DNA of 64,000 nt from an uncultured Nitrospiraceae bacterium (GTDB lineage Bacteria; Nitrospirota; Nitrospiria; Nitrospirales; Nitrospiraceae): assembly GCA_963706325.1 (NCBI GenBank), contig CAVPLT010000004.1:288001-352000 (forward strand). Reading direction: 5' to 3'. A program made the position numbers and the translations under genes. Positions 50,603-60,787 of this stretch are shown here, in pieces (position 1 is the stretch's first letter; each line of letters starts with the position of its first letter). The notes beneath the pieces are model-generated. The model worked only from the letters and a program-made list of their open reading frames with translations. It had not been told where the DNA came from and did no database searches.

Positions 50603-51741
50603 CCCCGGGTCATGCGCTTGCGGGAAGTCGTCTGGCACATGGATGGGTGTTAGTCTTCATCGCGCTGGCTCTCGCCGGGTGCGGATGGTTGGCCGGGCCT
50701 TCGCGTCCCCTCTGGATCGATGGCAGGGGCGATCAGTTTCCTTCTGCGCAATTTCTGTTGGGCATTGGCCAAGCCGATTCCCGCCCACACGCCACCGAGC
50801 AGGCCTATGCCGCCGTGTCCAGGATTTTCAAGGCGGAGATTACGGCGCAAGCCAAAGACTGGGAATCCTACCTGGTCGTGGAAACCCGCGGCCGTTCACG
50901 CACAGAGCATCGATTGACCTTAGACAATGTGACTCGCGTCACCACGGATAAGGTGCTGGAAAACGTACAGGTACTCGACACATGGTTTGACCGCAAGACG
51001 CGACAGTACTATGCTCTGGCAGGCATGAACCGGGCACAGGCGGAATCGGCGATGGTTGAACGCCTCGCTGAACTGGATCATACGATTCAGACCGAACTCA
51101 CGGAAGCACATCAGACTGCAGACAAGCTGACCCACGTCCGAAATCTCAAACGTGCAACGAAACATCTTGTACTGCGTGAGGCTTACAATGCGGATCTTCG
51201 CGTCATCCGGTCGAGCGGTCAGGGTGATCCCGCTGTCTATCGCGTGGCCGAATTGACCGCGGAATTGGAGCAGTTCTTAGCCGCGAATCTCGGCTTGGCC
51301 GTGGAGATGTCCGGTGATCAGGCGGATCCGGTCGAGCGGGCGCTCATCGATGGGCTGACCAAAGAAGGGTTCGTGGTGGTCGAGAGGGGCGCTGGTTCAA
51401 GTGCCGTTCCTGTGGAATTGTTGATCAAGGGGACGGTGAGGCTGTGGCCCATTGACGCGCATGATCCGCAGTTTCGATACGTGCGATGGTGCACGGACGC
51501 GGTGGTTGAAGACCTGTCCTTGCATCGAGTGATCGGCGCCGTCTCGAAGGGCGGGAGGGAAGGCCATGTGACGGAGCGCGAAGCAGCGGCGAAAGCGGTG
51601 CGAATCATGCAGCAGGAATTTTCTTCCGATCTCGCACGGTCCGTGGCCGCCCATGTCTATGGCGACAGGGACCTGCCGATTTTGGATTCCGTGCAATCCG
51701 GTTGTCCGCGGGAGGCGGCTGTGCCGCCATCGAATCATTAG
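50599..51741 (+). CDS. LPP20-family lipoprotein
   Basis: LAGC lipobox, RPLWI, FLLGIG; ATGA overlap. Confidence 0.7.
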   Translation: MTPGHALAGSRLAHGWVLVFIALALAGCGWLAGPSRPLWIDGRGDQFPSAQFLLGIGQADSRPHATEQAYAAVSRIFKAEITAQAKDWESYLVVETRGRSRTEHRLTLDNVTRVTTDKVLENVQVLDTWFDRKTRQYYALAGMNRAQAESAMVERLAELDHTIQTELTEAHQTADKLTHVRNLKRATKHLVLREAYNADLRVIRSSGQGDPAVYRVAELTAELEQFLAANLGLAVEMSGDQADPVERALIDGLTKEGFVVVERGAGSSAVPVELLIKGTVRLWPIDAHDPQFRYVRWCTDAVVEDLSLHRVIGAVSKGGREGHVTEREAAAKAVRIMQQEFSSDLARSVAAHVYGDRDLPILDSVQSGCPREAAVPPSNH

Positions 51742-51771
51742 GGTCGGAGTCAATCACAGAGAGGAGAGGGG

Positions 51772-52020
51772 ATGCGTAAAACAGGGACCGGAAAGGATAC
51801 CGATCAAGGCAGCGGCGGACACCGCTTATCCAGCCAAGCGATGAAAAAACGTCTGAGAGAACGTCTCGCTGCAGATACGCAACGCGTGCTTCACAGCGAC
51901 ATCGTGAGCATCTTTCGCAAGCAGGGGTACTATGAGGAGTTGCCGCTGGATGAATTACAGGACCGGCTCTCCAAGCTCCAATCGCCGTTGGCCGCCAGTC
52001 TTTTGAAGGGAAGGGTGTAG
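51772..52020 (+). CDS. Small protein, antitoxin-like by position
   Basis: RBS, ends 1 nt before the PIN gene. Confidence 0.55.
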   Translation: MRKTGTGKDTDQGSGGHRLSSQAMKKRLRERLAADTQRVLHSDIVSIFRKQGYYEELPLDELQDRLSKLQSPLAASLLKGRV

Positions 52021-52021
52021 G

Positions 52022-52468
52022 ATGCCGTACTACTATTTTGATTCGACTGCGCTCGTGAAGCGGTACAGCATGGAGCGGGGGACGCGCGTCGTCAACAAGC
52101 TCATGGTGAAACGCGGGAAAGTGGCGATCGTGCCCATGTGGAGCGTCGCCGATTTTTATTCCGCCCTCTCGGTTCGCGCGCAGCAGGGAGAAATCACCCG
52201 AGACGATTGTTATTCGGTGCTCTACAAGTTCGAAATGGAAGCCGCGCAAGGGCTGTTTCAGTTTATCTCCCCGACGATGGAAACCTACTTGTCGTCGAAG
52301 GAACTGATCCTTGATTATCCGGCGTTACGCTCGATCCAGTTGCAGCACCTGGCTCTGGCGTTGGAGCTCAAGCCCCTGCGTTTGACGGTGGTCAGCGCCG
52401 ATAAGCAGTTGCTGGCGGCCTGCCGCCCCGCCGGGTTGCATATCATTAACCCGGAAGACGATAACTGA
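52022..52468 (+). CDS. PIN-domain (VapC-like) protein
   Basis: YFDSTALVKRY..E, SADKQL. Confidence 0.8.
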   Translation: MPYYYFDSTALVKRYSMERGTRVVNKLMVKRGKVAIVPMWSVADFYSALSVRAQQGEITRDDCYSVLYKFEMEAAQGLFQFISPTMETYLSSKELILDYPALRSIQLQHLALALELKPLRLTVVSADKQLLAACRPAGLHIINPEDDN

Positions 52469-52557
52469 GATTATTGGCTACGCTATCCCATATCGAGGAT
52501 GTTCTAAAAGGCGTCCCGCGGGCGTGAAAAAGAAGCCGTAGGTCTTGTTCCCTCGAG

Positions 52558-53040
52558 TTATGCCGGGCATTGGAACTCAGCCCGCATCGAGCTGAGTATA
52601 ATCGTCCAATCTTCCGCGGACTGCTGAACAGGCTTTAGTCGCGGGTGCGTGGCGCTTTTCTGAACCGCGTCATCCGTTTGCTCCAGCCCTGCCTGCGCGT
52701 GGTTCAATTCGAGCTGCGCAAGCTGAAGACTGCCGCACACGCCGGCCGAAGCGGGTAATTCTCCGCCGGCTCGGCGGAACAATGCAACGGCCCGATAGCC
52801 ATGCTCCTGGGAGCGGTACAGATGTTCGGTTGCCGTAAATACTTGCTTTGAAGCCGTGTCTGTCTGGCGTTTTGCCAACCGCGCCGCCATCATGGCCGCG
52901 CGTCCCATGCTCATGGCCGCACCTTCCGCATCCTCATGACCCATGGCCTCTTCTGCTTTTGTTCTGAGTCGGTCGAGTTCCGCCTCCTCCCCCATCACCT
53001 GTGCCTGAGCGGGGAGCGCGAAACAGGCACAAAGCACCAT
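52558..53040 (-). CDS. Exported helical hypothetical protein (start uncertain)
   Basis: Signal peptide ending AQA, helical body, two Cys. Confidence 0.6.
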   Translation of the reverse strand: MVLCACFALPAQAQVMGEEAELDRLRTKAEEAMGHEDAEGAAMSMGRAAMMAARLAKRQTDTASKQVFTATEHLYRSQEHGYRAVALFRRAGGELPASAGVCGSLQLAQLELNHAQAGLEQTDDAVQKSATHPRLKPVQQSAEDWTIILSSMRAEFQCPA

Positions 53041-53114
53041 GACGCAAACAAGGGCGATGAGGAGACGGGCGAGGATGTGTGATTCGCCGTGTTCGGCAGG
53101 GTGGGGAGCGAGGG

Positions 53115-54191
53115 CTATTGGACATACTCCCAGGTGTCGATTTGCTTGATACTCCAATTGACGGCTTCTTTCAATTTGACGAGGTTCGGATCCGCATCAC
53201 TTTGGTGGACATGGTACAGCGATTTTTGAAGATTAAATAGTGGTTCGTAGGCTCGTCGGTCGGGTAATTTGCCGAGGGCCCAGGCCACCTCGGTTTTTAA
53301 CGCCACATCATCGGTGGCCAAGGTTTCCAGCAAGGGATCCACGATCGTGAAATCGCCGTGCAATGCCCCGACGATTCCTAAAGCTTTCGCCGCTGCAGGA
53401 CGCAATTCCGGCGCTCCGGATTGCATCGTCTTGATGAGTACCGGAATCGTGTCCTTTTGACCTATATTTCCCAGGGCCAGGGCCGAGGCTTTGGCGATGC
53501 TGCGATCCGTTCCATTCAGTCCAGACAGGAGGCGCGGCACCGCCTGCACAGAGAAGAGATCCCCGAATAGTGCGATCAACTTCACCTTGCGTGCTACGGG
53601 CGTCTTCGGATCGTCGTAGAGACGAAACAGCCGTTCCTCCTGTCCCCATTCGGCCGTGATGAGAGCCGGAAAATCATACTCTTCGAGCCGGGCTTTCAGC
53701 TTGGACATCGTATAGGCCATCGGATCCGCGGCCTTCGCGAGGAGGGCCGCAGCCTGCGGGTCGTCGAATTCCGTCCGGACTTCCTTGCGCCATGCCATCT
53801 TCTTGCCATTGAGAAAATAGCCAAGTTGGCAGGCCGGTCCTTTCCAGATTCGTGAGGGCGAGTCAGGGAGGTCGGCGTCGCTCCCCATCGTTGTGCTACC
53901 TTCCCAGGTCTTACGTAGCTCGCACTTGATCTTCAGCTCCACGTCATGTGGCTGTGCCGGATCGGTGACGGTGGTATAGCCGAACTCTTTCATACGATTG
54001 GCCACCACCTCCACCAGGGGTCCGGGATCGACAGCGCCTTTGTCCGATAGGGCGAGGACCTCGATTAAGACCCGATCGATGCGTTCCAGCTGATTCTTCT
54101 GCTCGGCGGTCAACGCGTCGCGGCGTGCCCAGCTGACATCACTTACCAGGAACAGCGCGGCCAGAATGGTCAGCGTGACGATGCGTCTCAT
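53115..54191 (-). CDS. Exported HEAT-repeat protein
   Basis: Signal peptide; repeated A..ALG.I HEAT units. Confidence 0.8.
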   Translation of the reverse strand: MRRIVTLTILAALFLVSDVSWARRDALTAEQKNQLERIDRVLIEVLALSDKGAVDPGPLVEVVANRMKEFGYTTVTDPAQPHDVELKIKCELRKTWEGSTTMGSDADLPDSPSRIWKGPACQLGYFLNGKKMAWRKEVRTEFDDPQAAALLAKAADPMAYTMSKLKARLEEYDFPALITAEWGQEERLFRLYDDPKTPVARKVKLIALFGDLFSVQAVPRLLSGLNGTDRSIAKASALALGNIGQKDTIPVLIKTMQSGAPELRPAAAKALGIVGALHGDFTIVDPLLETLATDDVALKTEVAWALGKLPDRRAYEPLFNLQKSLYHVHQSDADPNLVKLKEAVNWSIKQIDTWEYVQ

Positions 54192-54409
54192 ATCTGCTCC
54201 GTTCTGCTGAAAAAAGTATCGCAAAATTGAAGACTTTCCACTCTATACAACTCGTTCCGGCGGTTGCAAGTTGCTCCGGCTAATCGGTCATTGGAACGAG
54301 TATTGGTGAAGCGACCAACAATTGCAAACCGTATTGGCGGGTACTTAAGACTTGATGAAAAAGGAAACCGCCCTCCGAGCCGAATTATTGTGCGCTACAA
54401 CACCTACCG

Positions 54410-55282
54410 AGGGTGGCAGGACGCTAAGTGCAGGCGTCAGGGCGTGCTCACCCATCGTTGAAAGTTGTGCAGGTCTGCACCTGCTTCTCCTGGGTTAATC
54501 GGCCCTTTCGAAATTCCTCCGTCCGGAGAGCGTACCACTCCAGCATGGGAGCCCGTACCGGTCTTCCGTTTCTTCCGTGATCTGTCAAAAATCGACATAG
54601 GATCGGAGTTGTCCGACGACAAGCTCTTCCAATCGGCTTCACTAAAGAAGCCAACGTACGAGCACACTGTTCCGCTCGATCCTCCTTGAGCTCTACTACT
54701 CACCGGACGCCATACTCTTGCCAGTTTTCTAGTTCCTTGCTTTGGATTTCCAACCGTTTGTCATAGATGCTGAAAAGCTCTGGCTCTGAGGTCTGCCGAA
54801 ATACAGGGTCTCGCCATTACTGGCACTGCTGCCGTAAGTGGCGTCGAAGGCAATATGCCGGACCTGGAACGCACGCGTCACATATTGACCGGCTGACATC
54901 GCCTCTCAAGCGGTCGCCACGGGGACTGATTCGGTCCGATCGTTCAGCGCACAATCGATTCGAGTCACATGCTCCTATTGTGCATGGACCCATTTCAACA
55001 GCATAGCGATCTGCTCCAAGTCAACGCAGAGGCAAGCGCCCCAGACAGATCGACATGGATTTCATTCGGACGACGAGGAGCATTGTTCTCCAGTCTCCGA
55101 CCCCATGCAGTCCGTCTGATTTGACATCCAGGACAGGATAGTCTCGAAAGCCTTCTTTTCGCCTTGCTCCAGTCTCCACCCAGCACCGGCATGGCGACCT
55201 GCGGAGTACTCGCCAAAACCGTAAACGCGGGCCAGTCAATGGAGAGGGTGAAGACTGAATCCATGGAACCTATCGAACCCAT
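54410..55282 (-). pseudogene. Rep_trans-family (rolling-circle initiator/relaxase) pseudogene
   Basis: Across frames: SIDWPAFT, HVDLSG, HVTRIDCALND, GETLYFG, IYDKRLE, YGVR*E; several stops and frameshifts. Confidence 0.75.
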
Positions 55283-55654
55283 GTAAGGAGCGCTGTGGCG
55301 AGCGCCCGCGTGTTACCAGGACGAGAGCCATTCCGCTCCGCACCCCGGCCTTCCGGCATGGGCGCGGACCGGCTTTACCGCTTGATGGTGAGACGGAGAA
55401 TCCTGTTTTCAGCGGCCTTCCTGAGCCGGTCGAGTTAGTTTCTGTCGCACGACGACGAACGCCTTTCCTCCGACTTCTCTGGTCACACTTTATCGCGTCC
55501 ATCCTGCCATCACCATGCTCATCAAACAGCCACGGGAACATACTCCGAGACGGTCGTCCCTACCTCTGGGTACACTTCTCAACCAGCCTGCGTTCCTGCT
55601 CCGTGACTTTGAATTGTAGCGTTCAGTTTTCGTGTCGTCCTGTGTCATGTGCGT

Positions 55655-55910
55655 CCGGAGCTGATCGCCAACCGGTTTATGACTTGGTGTGAGGACTGGG
55701 GTATGGAGCCGCGGCATATCCTGCCGGGCAAGCCTGATCAGAATGCCTTCATCGAGCGTTTCAATCAAATTTACCGGGCCGAGTACTGAATGCCTATGTG
55801 TTTGAGTCGCTAGCCCAAGTCCAGGAGATCAGTGCTGAATGGTTGCGGAGTTATAACGAGAGCGACTCCATGATGCATTGGCAGGCTCCAGCCCGCTACG
55901 TATCGAGCCA
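55655..55910 (+). mobile_element. IS3-family transposase C-terminal fragment (degenerate)
   Basis: PELIANRFMTWCE...PGKPDQNAFIERFN...LNAYVFESLAQV...W..SYNE..H.AL with frameshifts. Confidence 0.8.
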
Positions 55911-56048
55911 ATAAAAAGGGAGGATTGGCCTTGTCATTGACGACCAAGATTGGCTGATCCGGTTGTTGTCAGGGTAACTAGGCGGACAGTGGAGAGGGTC
56001 TACTTACTGAAAACACTAAGTAGACGACCGCGGTTAAGCTAAGTTGCT

Positions 56049-56567
56049 CTACCTGGCTCGAAACCCAGTTATTCTTGAACCTAAGATATCTTCGATCACT
56101 CTCGCCTTCTCATCAAAAAGACCCTCCTTGTCCCTGTCCAGCTGGTCGTCAATGTTGTGACCATTTTTAAGCATATAGGACTCGTAGTATCGGGTGAGTC
56201 GCTCTGAAAAACGCCTTTATTTCTCATGTATTGGCATGTCGCAATTGTTTTTCGTGTGCGGGAAATAGGCATGTAGTTTCGACCCGATGACGCAAGTGTC
56301 CACTCTCCATTGTTTATAGATGCGATTCAACTCGTCCTCAAGAATATGGCTATTCCTGCTTTGGTGTGCGTGACCGGCATTGAACATGTAAACGGACATT
56401 ACCATTGTCATCACCAGTTCACTTATCTCGGCAATGAGTGCTGTTTTGATGCCTGAATCTCTTTGTGTTTCTTGCCACCGCCGTGTAATCCATGGGACGA
56501 GTAGCGCAAGAGCAACTGGGACCAGAACGATGTCTAATACGTCTTTTAACGAATCAAAACCCATCAT
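56049..56567 (-). pseudogene. Membrane-anchored hypothetical gene with in-frame stop
   Basis: 116-aa ORF stops at TAA 56217-56219 but the same frame stays open and protein-like to TAG at 56049. Confidence 0.55.
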
Positions 56568-56942
56568 AATGTTGAGTGACTATTGCAGATTACGTACCCA
56601 GCAAAACGTCTCGCTGGAAGACCACTGATGGGTGGACGTGTGCCACTTCAATGCAACGTGTCTCATAACAACACATAGTTGCTAATCGGGAAATACCACC
56701 AAATTATTTTTTACGCTCGAGCATAATTGTGGCCAAGAATGCTTTACTACAACGAGACATTTCGATACAAACACACCCTCCTAGATGTCCCGGTCAGCAT
56801 CGCTGCTTCCAGAGAAAAAACGAATGGCTACAGAAAGATGAACAATCAGTAATGCGGCGTTGTGAATCCATCCACGGTCTGACCTTTCTAGGATAGTAAA
56901 TGTTTGTCCACGTCAGTGTTGCCAAAGAGAGACCGGCTGATT

Positions 56943-56958
56943 CGGCATAATGCTTGCT
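56943..56958 (+). promoter_or_regulatory. Sigma54 -24/-12 promoter of the enhancer-binding protein gene
   Basis: CGGCATAATGCTTGCT: GG-N10-GC with TTGC; AGGAGG RBS at 56973 and ATG 56987 follow. Confidence 0.65.
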
Positions 56959-56986
56959 GCTTTTCCCTCTGCAGGAGGGTGCAAAC

Positions 56987-58315
56987 ATGTCCTGTAAGCG
57001 CACACCTGTACAAAAGATCTTGTTAGCCAGGCTAACGAATACCCTATCCGAAAAGTCGACGCAGCAGCTGTCGCGTATCGGTGTAATAACAGTTCCGCCA
57101 CAGCTAGAGGCTGATATTCGTGATGCGTTTGAGAGCCAGTCGCGCAAGATCACCGATATTTCTCTTCGGCCGGAGTTAGCAATAAGAACCCTGACTGACA
57201 TCCATCAGCAAAACCCACATCTCATAATTATGATGATCATTGGTGGAGAAAACCCCGAGGAATGTTCGGAGTTACCTGTCGAATCCTATGCGAGTGGCGG
57301 TACAACTTCTCCCAGCCCGAATGAAAGGACGGAACCCGTACTGCATCATCGCTTAGGGGTGACTAGAACAGATTCCGGTGGTCGCGGTCTTACGGGCGGA
57401 GAAAATCTGATAGGGAACAGCTCGACCATGGCACGCCTGCGAGCATTTGTGGCGAATGTTGCCAAAACGGAATGCAACGTCCTAATCACGGGAGAGACGG
57501 GGACAGGAAAGGAATTGGTTGCAGATCTCATTCATAGAAACGGTAGCCGGATGGGAAAACCCTTCGTGAAGGTCAATTGTGCAGCGATCCCTGACTCCTT
57601 ACTCGAAAGTGAAATATTCGGTTATGAGCGAGGAGCGTTTACAGGTGCATATGCTAGAACGCAAGGTAAGCTTGAACAGGCAAATACTGGAACTATTCTC
57701 TTCGATGAAATAGGCGACATGAGTCCCTACGCTCAAGCCAAAGTTTTGAGATCTATTGAATCTGGTGAAGTGACTAGGCTGGGCGGCCGTACCCCCACTA
57801 AATTGGATGTGCGGATACTGGCCGCAACCAATCGGGATTTGGAATCAATGGCCATGCAGGATCACTTTAGAAAGGATCTCTTTTTTCGGCTCAACGTCGC
57901 ACGAGTCCATTTGCCACCGTTACGAGACCGGAAGTCTGACATCTCGAAAATTGCCGAGCATTACCTGGATCATTTTAATGTTACGTTTGGAGCTGAGGTA
58001 ACAGGCCTGGCTCAAGATACACTCGAAGGTTTTCTTACTCATGACTGGCCAGGAAATGTGCGTGAACTGAGGAATCTCCTCGAAGGTGTATTCGTCGTAA
58101 AGCGTTCGTCACAGATCACAGCTGCTGATTTGCCAGATTGGTTTTCCGAGCGTCTCAAGAACAAATGTTCTGTCATTCATGAATCAAGCAAGATTCTGTC
58201 CGTTCTGCTAGCGACGAACTGGAATAAGTCAAAGGCAGCCGGCGAGCTTCATTGGTCGCGTATGACGTTGTACCGCAAGCTCGCTAAATACAACCTTCAT
58301 CATGTATCGAACTGA
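56987..58315 (+). CDS. Sigma54-dependent enhancer-binding protein with atypical N-terminus
   Basis: GETGTGKE, intact GAFTGA, FDEIG, WPGNVREL, Fis HTH; no recognisable REC phospho-acceptor motifs. Confidence 0.92.
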   Translation: MSCKRTPVQKILLARLTNTLSEKSTQQLSRIGVITVPPQLEADIRDAFESQSRKITDISLRPELAIRTLTDIHQQNPHLIIMMIIGGENPEECSELPVESYASGGTTSPSPNERTEPVLHHRLGVTRTDSGGRGLTGGENLIGNSSTMARLRAFVANVAKTECNVLITGETGTGKELVADLIHRNGSRMGKPFVKVNCAAIPDSLLESEIFGYERGAFTGAYARTQGKLEQANTGTILFDEIGDMSPYAQAKVLRSIESGEVTRLGGRTPTKLDVRILAATNRDLESMAMQDHFRKDLFFRLNVARVHLPPLRDRKSDISKIAEHYLDHFNVTFGAEVTGLAQDTLEGFLTHDWPGNVRELRNLLEGVFVVKRSSQITAADLPDWFSERLKNKCSVIHESSKILSVLLATNWNKSKAAGELHWSRMTLYRKLAKYNLHHVSN

Positions 58316-58650
58316 AAAGGAACAGAAATAGCGAGATCGAATTGCCCCTAGTTTCTGTAATAACCATTCACAACGTCCTCCCTCTCGCTAGTGCCCGACA
58401 TATCAGGTCCCGAATCATTCTAATCCGCGGAAGCTAGCTGGTGCGTTGGTCCTGTCTCGACAACGGCCGCGATCCTAGACTTAACTGCGCTCTAGGTAAG
58501 CGACTTTCAGAATGAAGCCTGCTAGTCGTGGTTCTGCATGTTTATGTAAGCGTGCCAGCTGCCTTGGTTTCCTTTCCATGTCCACGTTGCACAGGTGTAT
58601 TTCACGTGTTTGCCTTCTTCAGTTCTCCTTGCTGTATCGTTACCGAGTTT

Positions 58651-58762
58651 TGTTACAAGCTCAGTGACACCTCCCGCTTGTGAAGTAAATCCACAATTCC
58701 TCTCGACTTACACACTTTGAGGAGCGGGTTGTGTACCACCCTGTAACAGTTAGGGCGTTACA
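58651..58762. promoter_or_regulatory. Palindromic candidate enhancer sites
   Basis: TGTTAC-N7-GTGACA (58651-58669) and perfect TGTAAC-N9-GTTACA (58742-58762), about 190 and 95 bp upstream of the -24/-12 site. Confidence 0.45.
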
Positions 58763-58855
58763 CTTTTGCATTCTTAAGCCTGATCAGAACGTCACATTCC
58801 CTTACACGCGCGCAGATGAGGCGGTTTTTATCGAGTTGGGAATACCATTCGACTC

Positions 58856-58871
58856 TGGTCTCTGAGTTGCA
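58856..58871 (+). promoter_or_regulatory. Sigma54 -24/-12 promoter of the capsid-like operon
   Basis: TGGTCTCTGAGTTGCA: TGG-N8-TTGCA, GG-N10-GC; RBS and ATG 58906 follow. Confidence 0.65.
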
Positions 58872-58905
58872 CAGTAGGAATTCCGTTGAAGGAAGGAACA
58901 ATGCA

Positions 58906-59160
58906 ATGCAGCCAGAAGGTGTTCAGAGGGGCGATAAGGACCCAATGCCGTATCGGTATAGCAACTACTTCAAGATTGGATACAACAGAGAAGAGTTTCT
59001 AATGGATTTTGGTCAACTGTATGAGGGGAGCGGAAATGGCCCCATGCATACCCGATTGGTCACCCTGCCTGTTATTGCCAAAGCGCTTCTCTCAGTACTT
59101 GCCAAATCCGTGCGTCAGTATGAGGAGAAGTATGGTGCCATTCAGGAAGACAAGGAATAG
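58906..59160 (+). CDS. DUF3467-like small protein
   Basis: YSNYFKIGYNREEFLMDFGQ...AKALL..L...VRQYEEKYG.I. Confidence 0.75.
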   Translation: MQPEGVQRGDKDPMPYRYSNYFKIGYNREEFLMDFGQLYEGSGNGPMHTRLVTLPVIAKALLSVLAKSVRQYEEKYGAIQEDKE

Positions 59161-59240
59161 CGACTCTGGAGTCATAAACGCGGCGTTCCCGCAGAAACGC
59201 TGATTTGGAATCAGGATTAGTGAGTAAAGGGTTATTTCAA

Positions 59241-60358
59241 GTGAATGAAACGAAGAATGACGCGAAACCGGTCGGATCGTGTCGCTGCAAGACCGCAATG
59301 GGTTTTGCTGGCGATATGAAATCCAGATCGGGTTGCGAGCAAGCCTTCCCCACGCAGAGACATACGTCGGCGCCGTTTACACCGCCGAAGATCTCTCTCG
59401 GGCATATCCCAGCGGGTTGGCTTGGAACGCAAAAAACGGTTGAGCATGTACAGGCGCTGATTCGAGCCGGAGCGAAAGATTTTTATGTTCGCCAGAAGGC
59501 CATCGACATCTTGCTGGAGAAGCAAGTCAAGCCCAAAGACTACCTGGCCGAGATCAAGGCCCTCTTCGAGTGGGTCCAGCAACATATCCGTTATACCAAG
59601 GATACGTTTCAGGTGGAGGTGCTTCATTCCGCTAAGCGCATGCTGGAGTTACGGGCCGGCGATTGCGACGACATGGCCATCCTACTGGGGGCGATGTTGG
59701 AGGCAATCGGACATCCGGTGCGGCTGGCGCTCAGCGGACCAAACCCATTCCGACAGGACCTCTTTACCCATATTTATCTGGAGGTGTTTCACAAAGGTCG
59801 CTGGATCCCGTTGGACGCCACCATGTCCTACCCGATGGGCTGGGCGCCAAGAACATTGGTGAAAAAGATCATCGCGATTGAAAGGAGGTCGAACATGATG
59901 GCCGAGGATATGGAACTGCAAGGCATCGACGGTGTCGGGGCCGTACCCGACTGGCTAAAAGGATTGCTTCGGACGGTACGCACGGAGGCCGTGCAGCCAA
60001 AAGATGCGCGGATCAAAACGCTATGGGATCTGTTACGGCAACGGCAATTGCTGCGCCGAAGCCCATGGCTCAAGGCGGTACTGCGCCGGATCTGGGACCG
60101 CGGGCTGTCCGCCGGCCTCACCCGCGTACAGCGAGTCGGATAAAACGGGAGCTGCGGCTTTGGAGAATTTTGCCACCGAAACCAGTGAGTGCGACGACGG
60201 CGCATCGCAATTCAATCATCAGCTCTGTACGGCGAGCCGCTGTCCAAGCGGGTCGGCCCGTGACGCTCACACCAGTCGCGTCGGTGCGGCGTGCGCCGAT
60301 GCAGCTGGTACGGCCGGTACACATGCAACCAGTTGGCGCGAGAGCGGTAAGAAGATGA
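59241..60358 (+). CDS. Transglutaminase-like Cys-His-Asp protein with basic tail (probable frameshift near 60113; ORF track stops at 60143; start uncertain)
   Basis: LFEWVQQHIRY..D, GDCDD, THIY, WIPLDAT; alternative frame continues to TGA 60358 overlapping the next ATG. Confidence 0.75.
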
Positions 60359-60720
60359 ACTGCCGTTGCGAAGTATGTTGCAGGGATGGCAGCGACAATA
60401 CGTCGCTCATGAGGCAAACCTTCGAAGCTATGCCTGTTCAATACATGCGGCGCGGGATTGGCCTCTATTATGCGTTCAACGGTTTTGAACCGTCCCGCGT
60501 AATGAAAGTTCATCATCACAGGCTCATCCCGTCGATGGTGGTTGAACTGGGTGAACTGGTGGCTCTGATGTATCGCTCAGACAAAGGACGGCCTGGTCAA
60601 CCGCGTACCTACATTCATCGGATGGAAAATCCACCGCGCCTGGTGAGCAACATCGAAGGGACGCAGCTCTACATCGTGGGCGGAAGCTACCAGGTCACTC
60701 CACGAGGGATCGAAGGCTAG
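60355..60720 (+). CDS. Hypothetical protein with Cys-rich N-terminus
   Basis: ATGA coupling; MNCRCEVCC; LGEL..L.Y...K...YIH...P.L...GTQLYIVGGSY.VT.RGIEG. Confidence 0.7.
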   Translation: MNCRCEVCCRDGSDNTSLMRQTFEAMPVQYMRRGIGLYYAFNGFEPSRVMKVHHHRLIPSMVVELGELVALMYRSDKGRPGQPRTYIHRMENPPRLVSNIEGTQLYIVGGSYQVTPRGIEG

Positions 60721-60787
60721 AGGGACCGGCACCCATGTTGGCCAATTTGCGCGCGGCTGATCCGCCGACACAAGCAGGGGGAATGAT

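Noticed and set aside
52497..52530. Second copy of the inverted-repeat element (GGATGTTCTAAAAGGCG)
   Set aside because: Only a short partial match with no partner end.
58753..58770. GGGCGTTACACTTTTGCA as a sigma54 promoter
   Set aside because: GG to GC spacing is not 10 nt; the 58856 site fits instead.
60004..60354. N-terminal half of the 238-aa ORF in the track
   Set aside because: It overlaps the transglutaminase gene and its shifted tail; the coupled ATG at 60355 is the better start.
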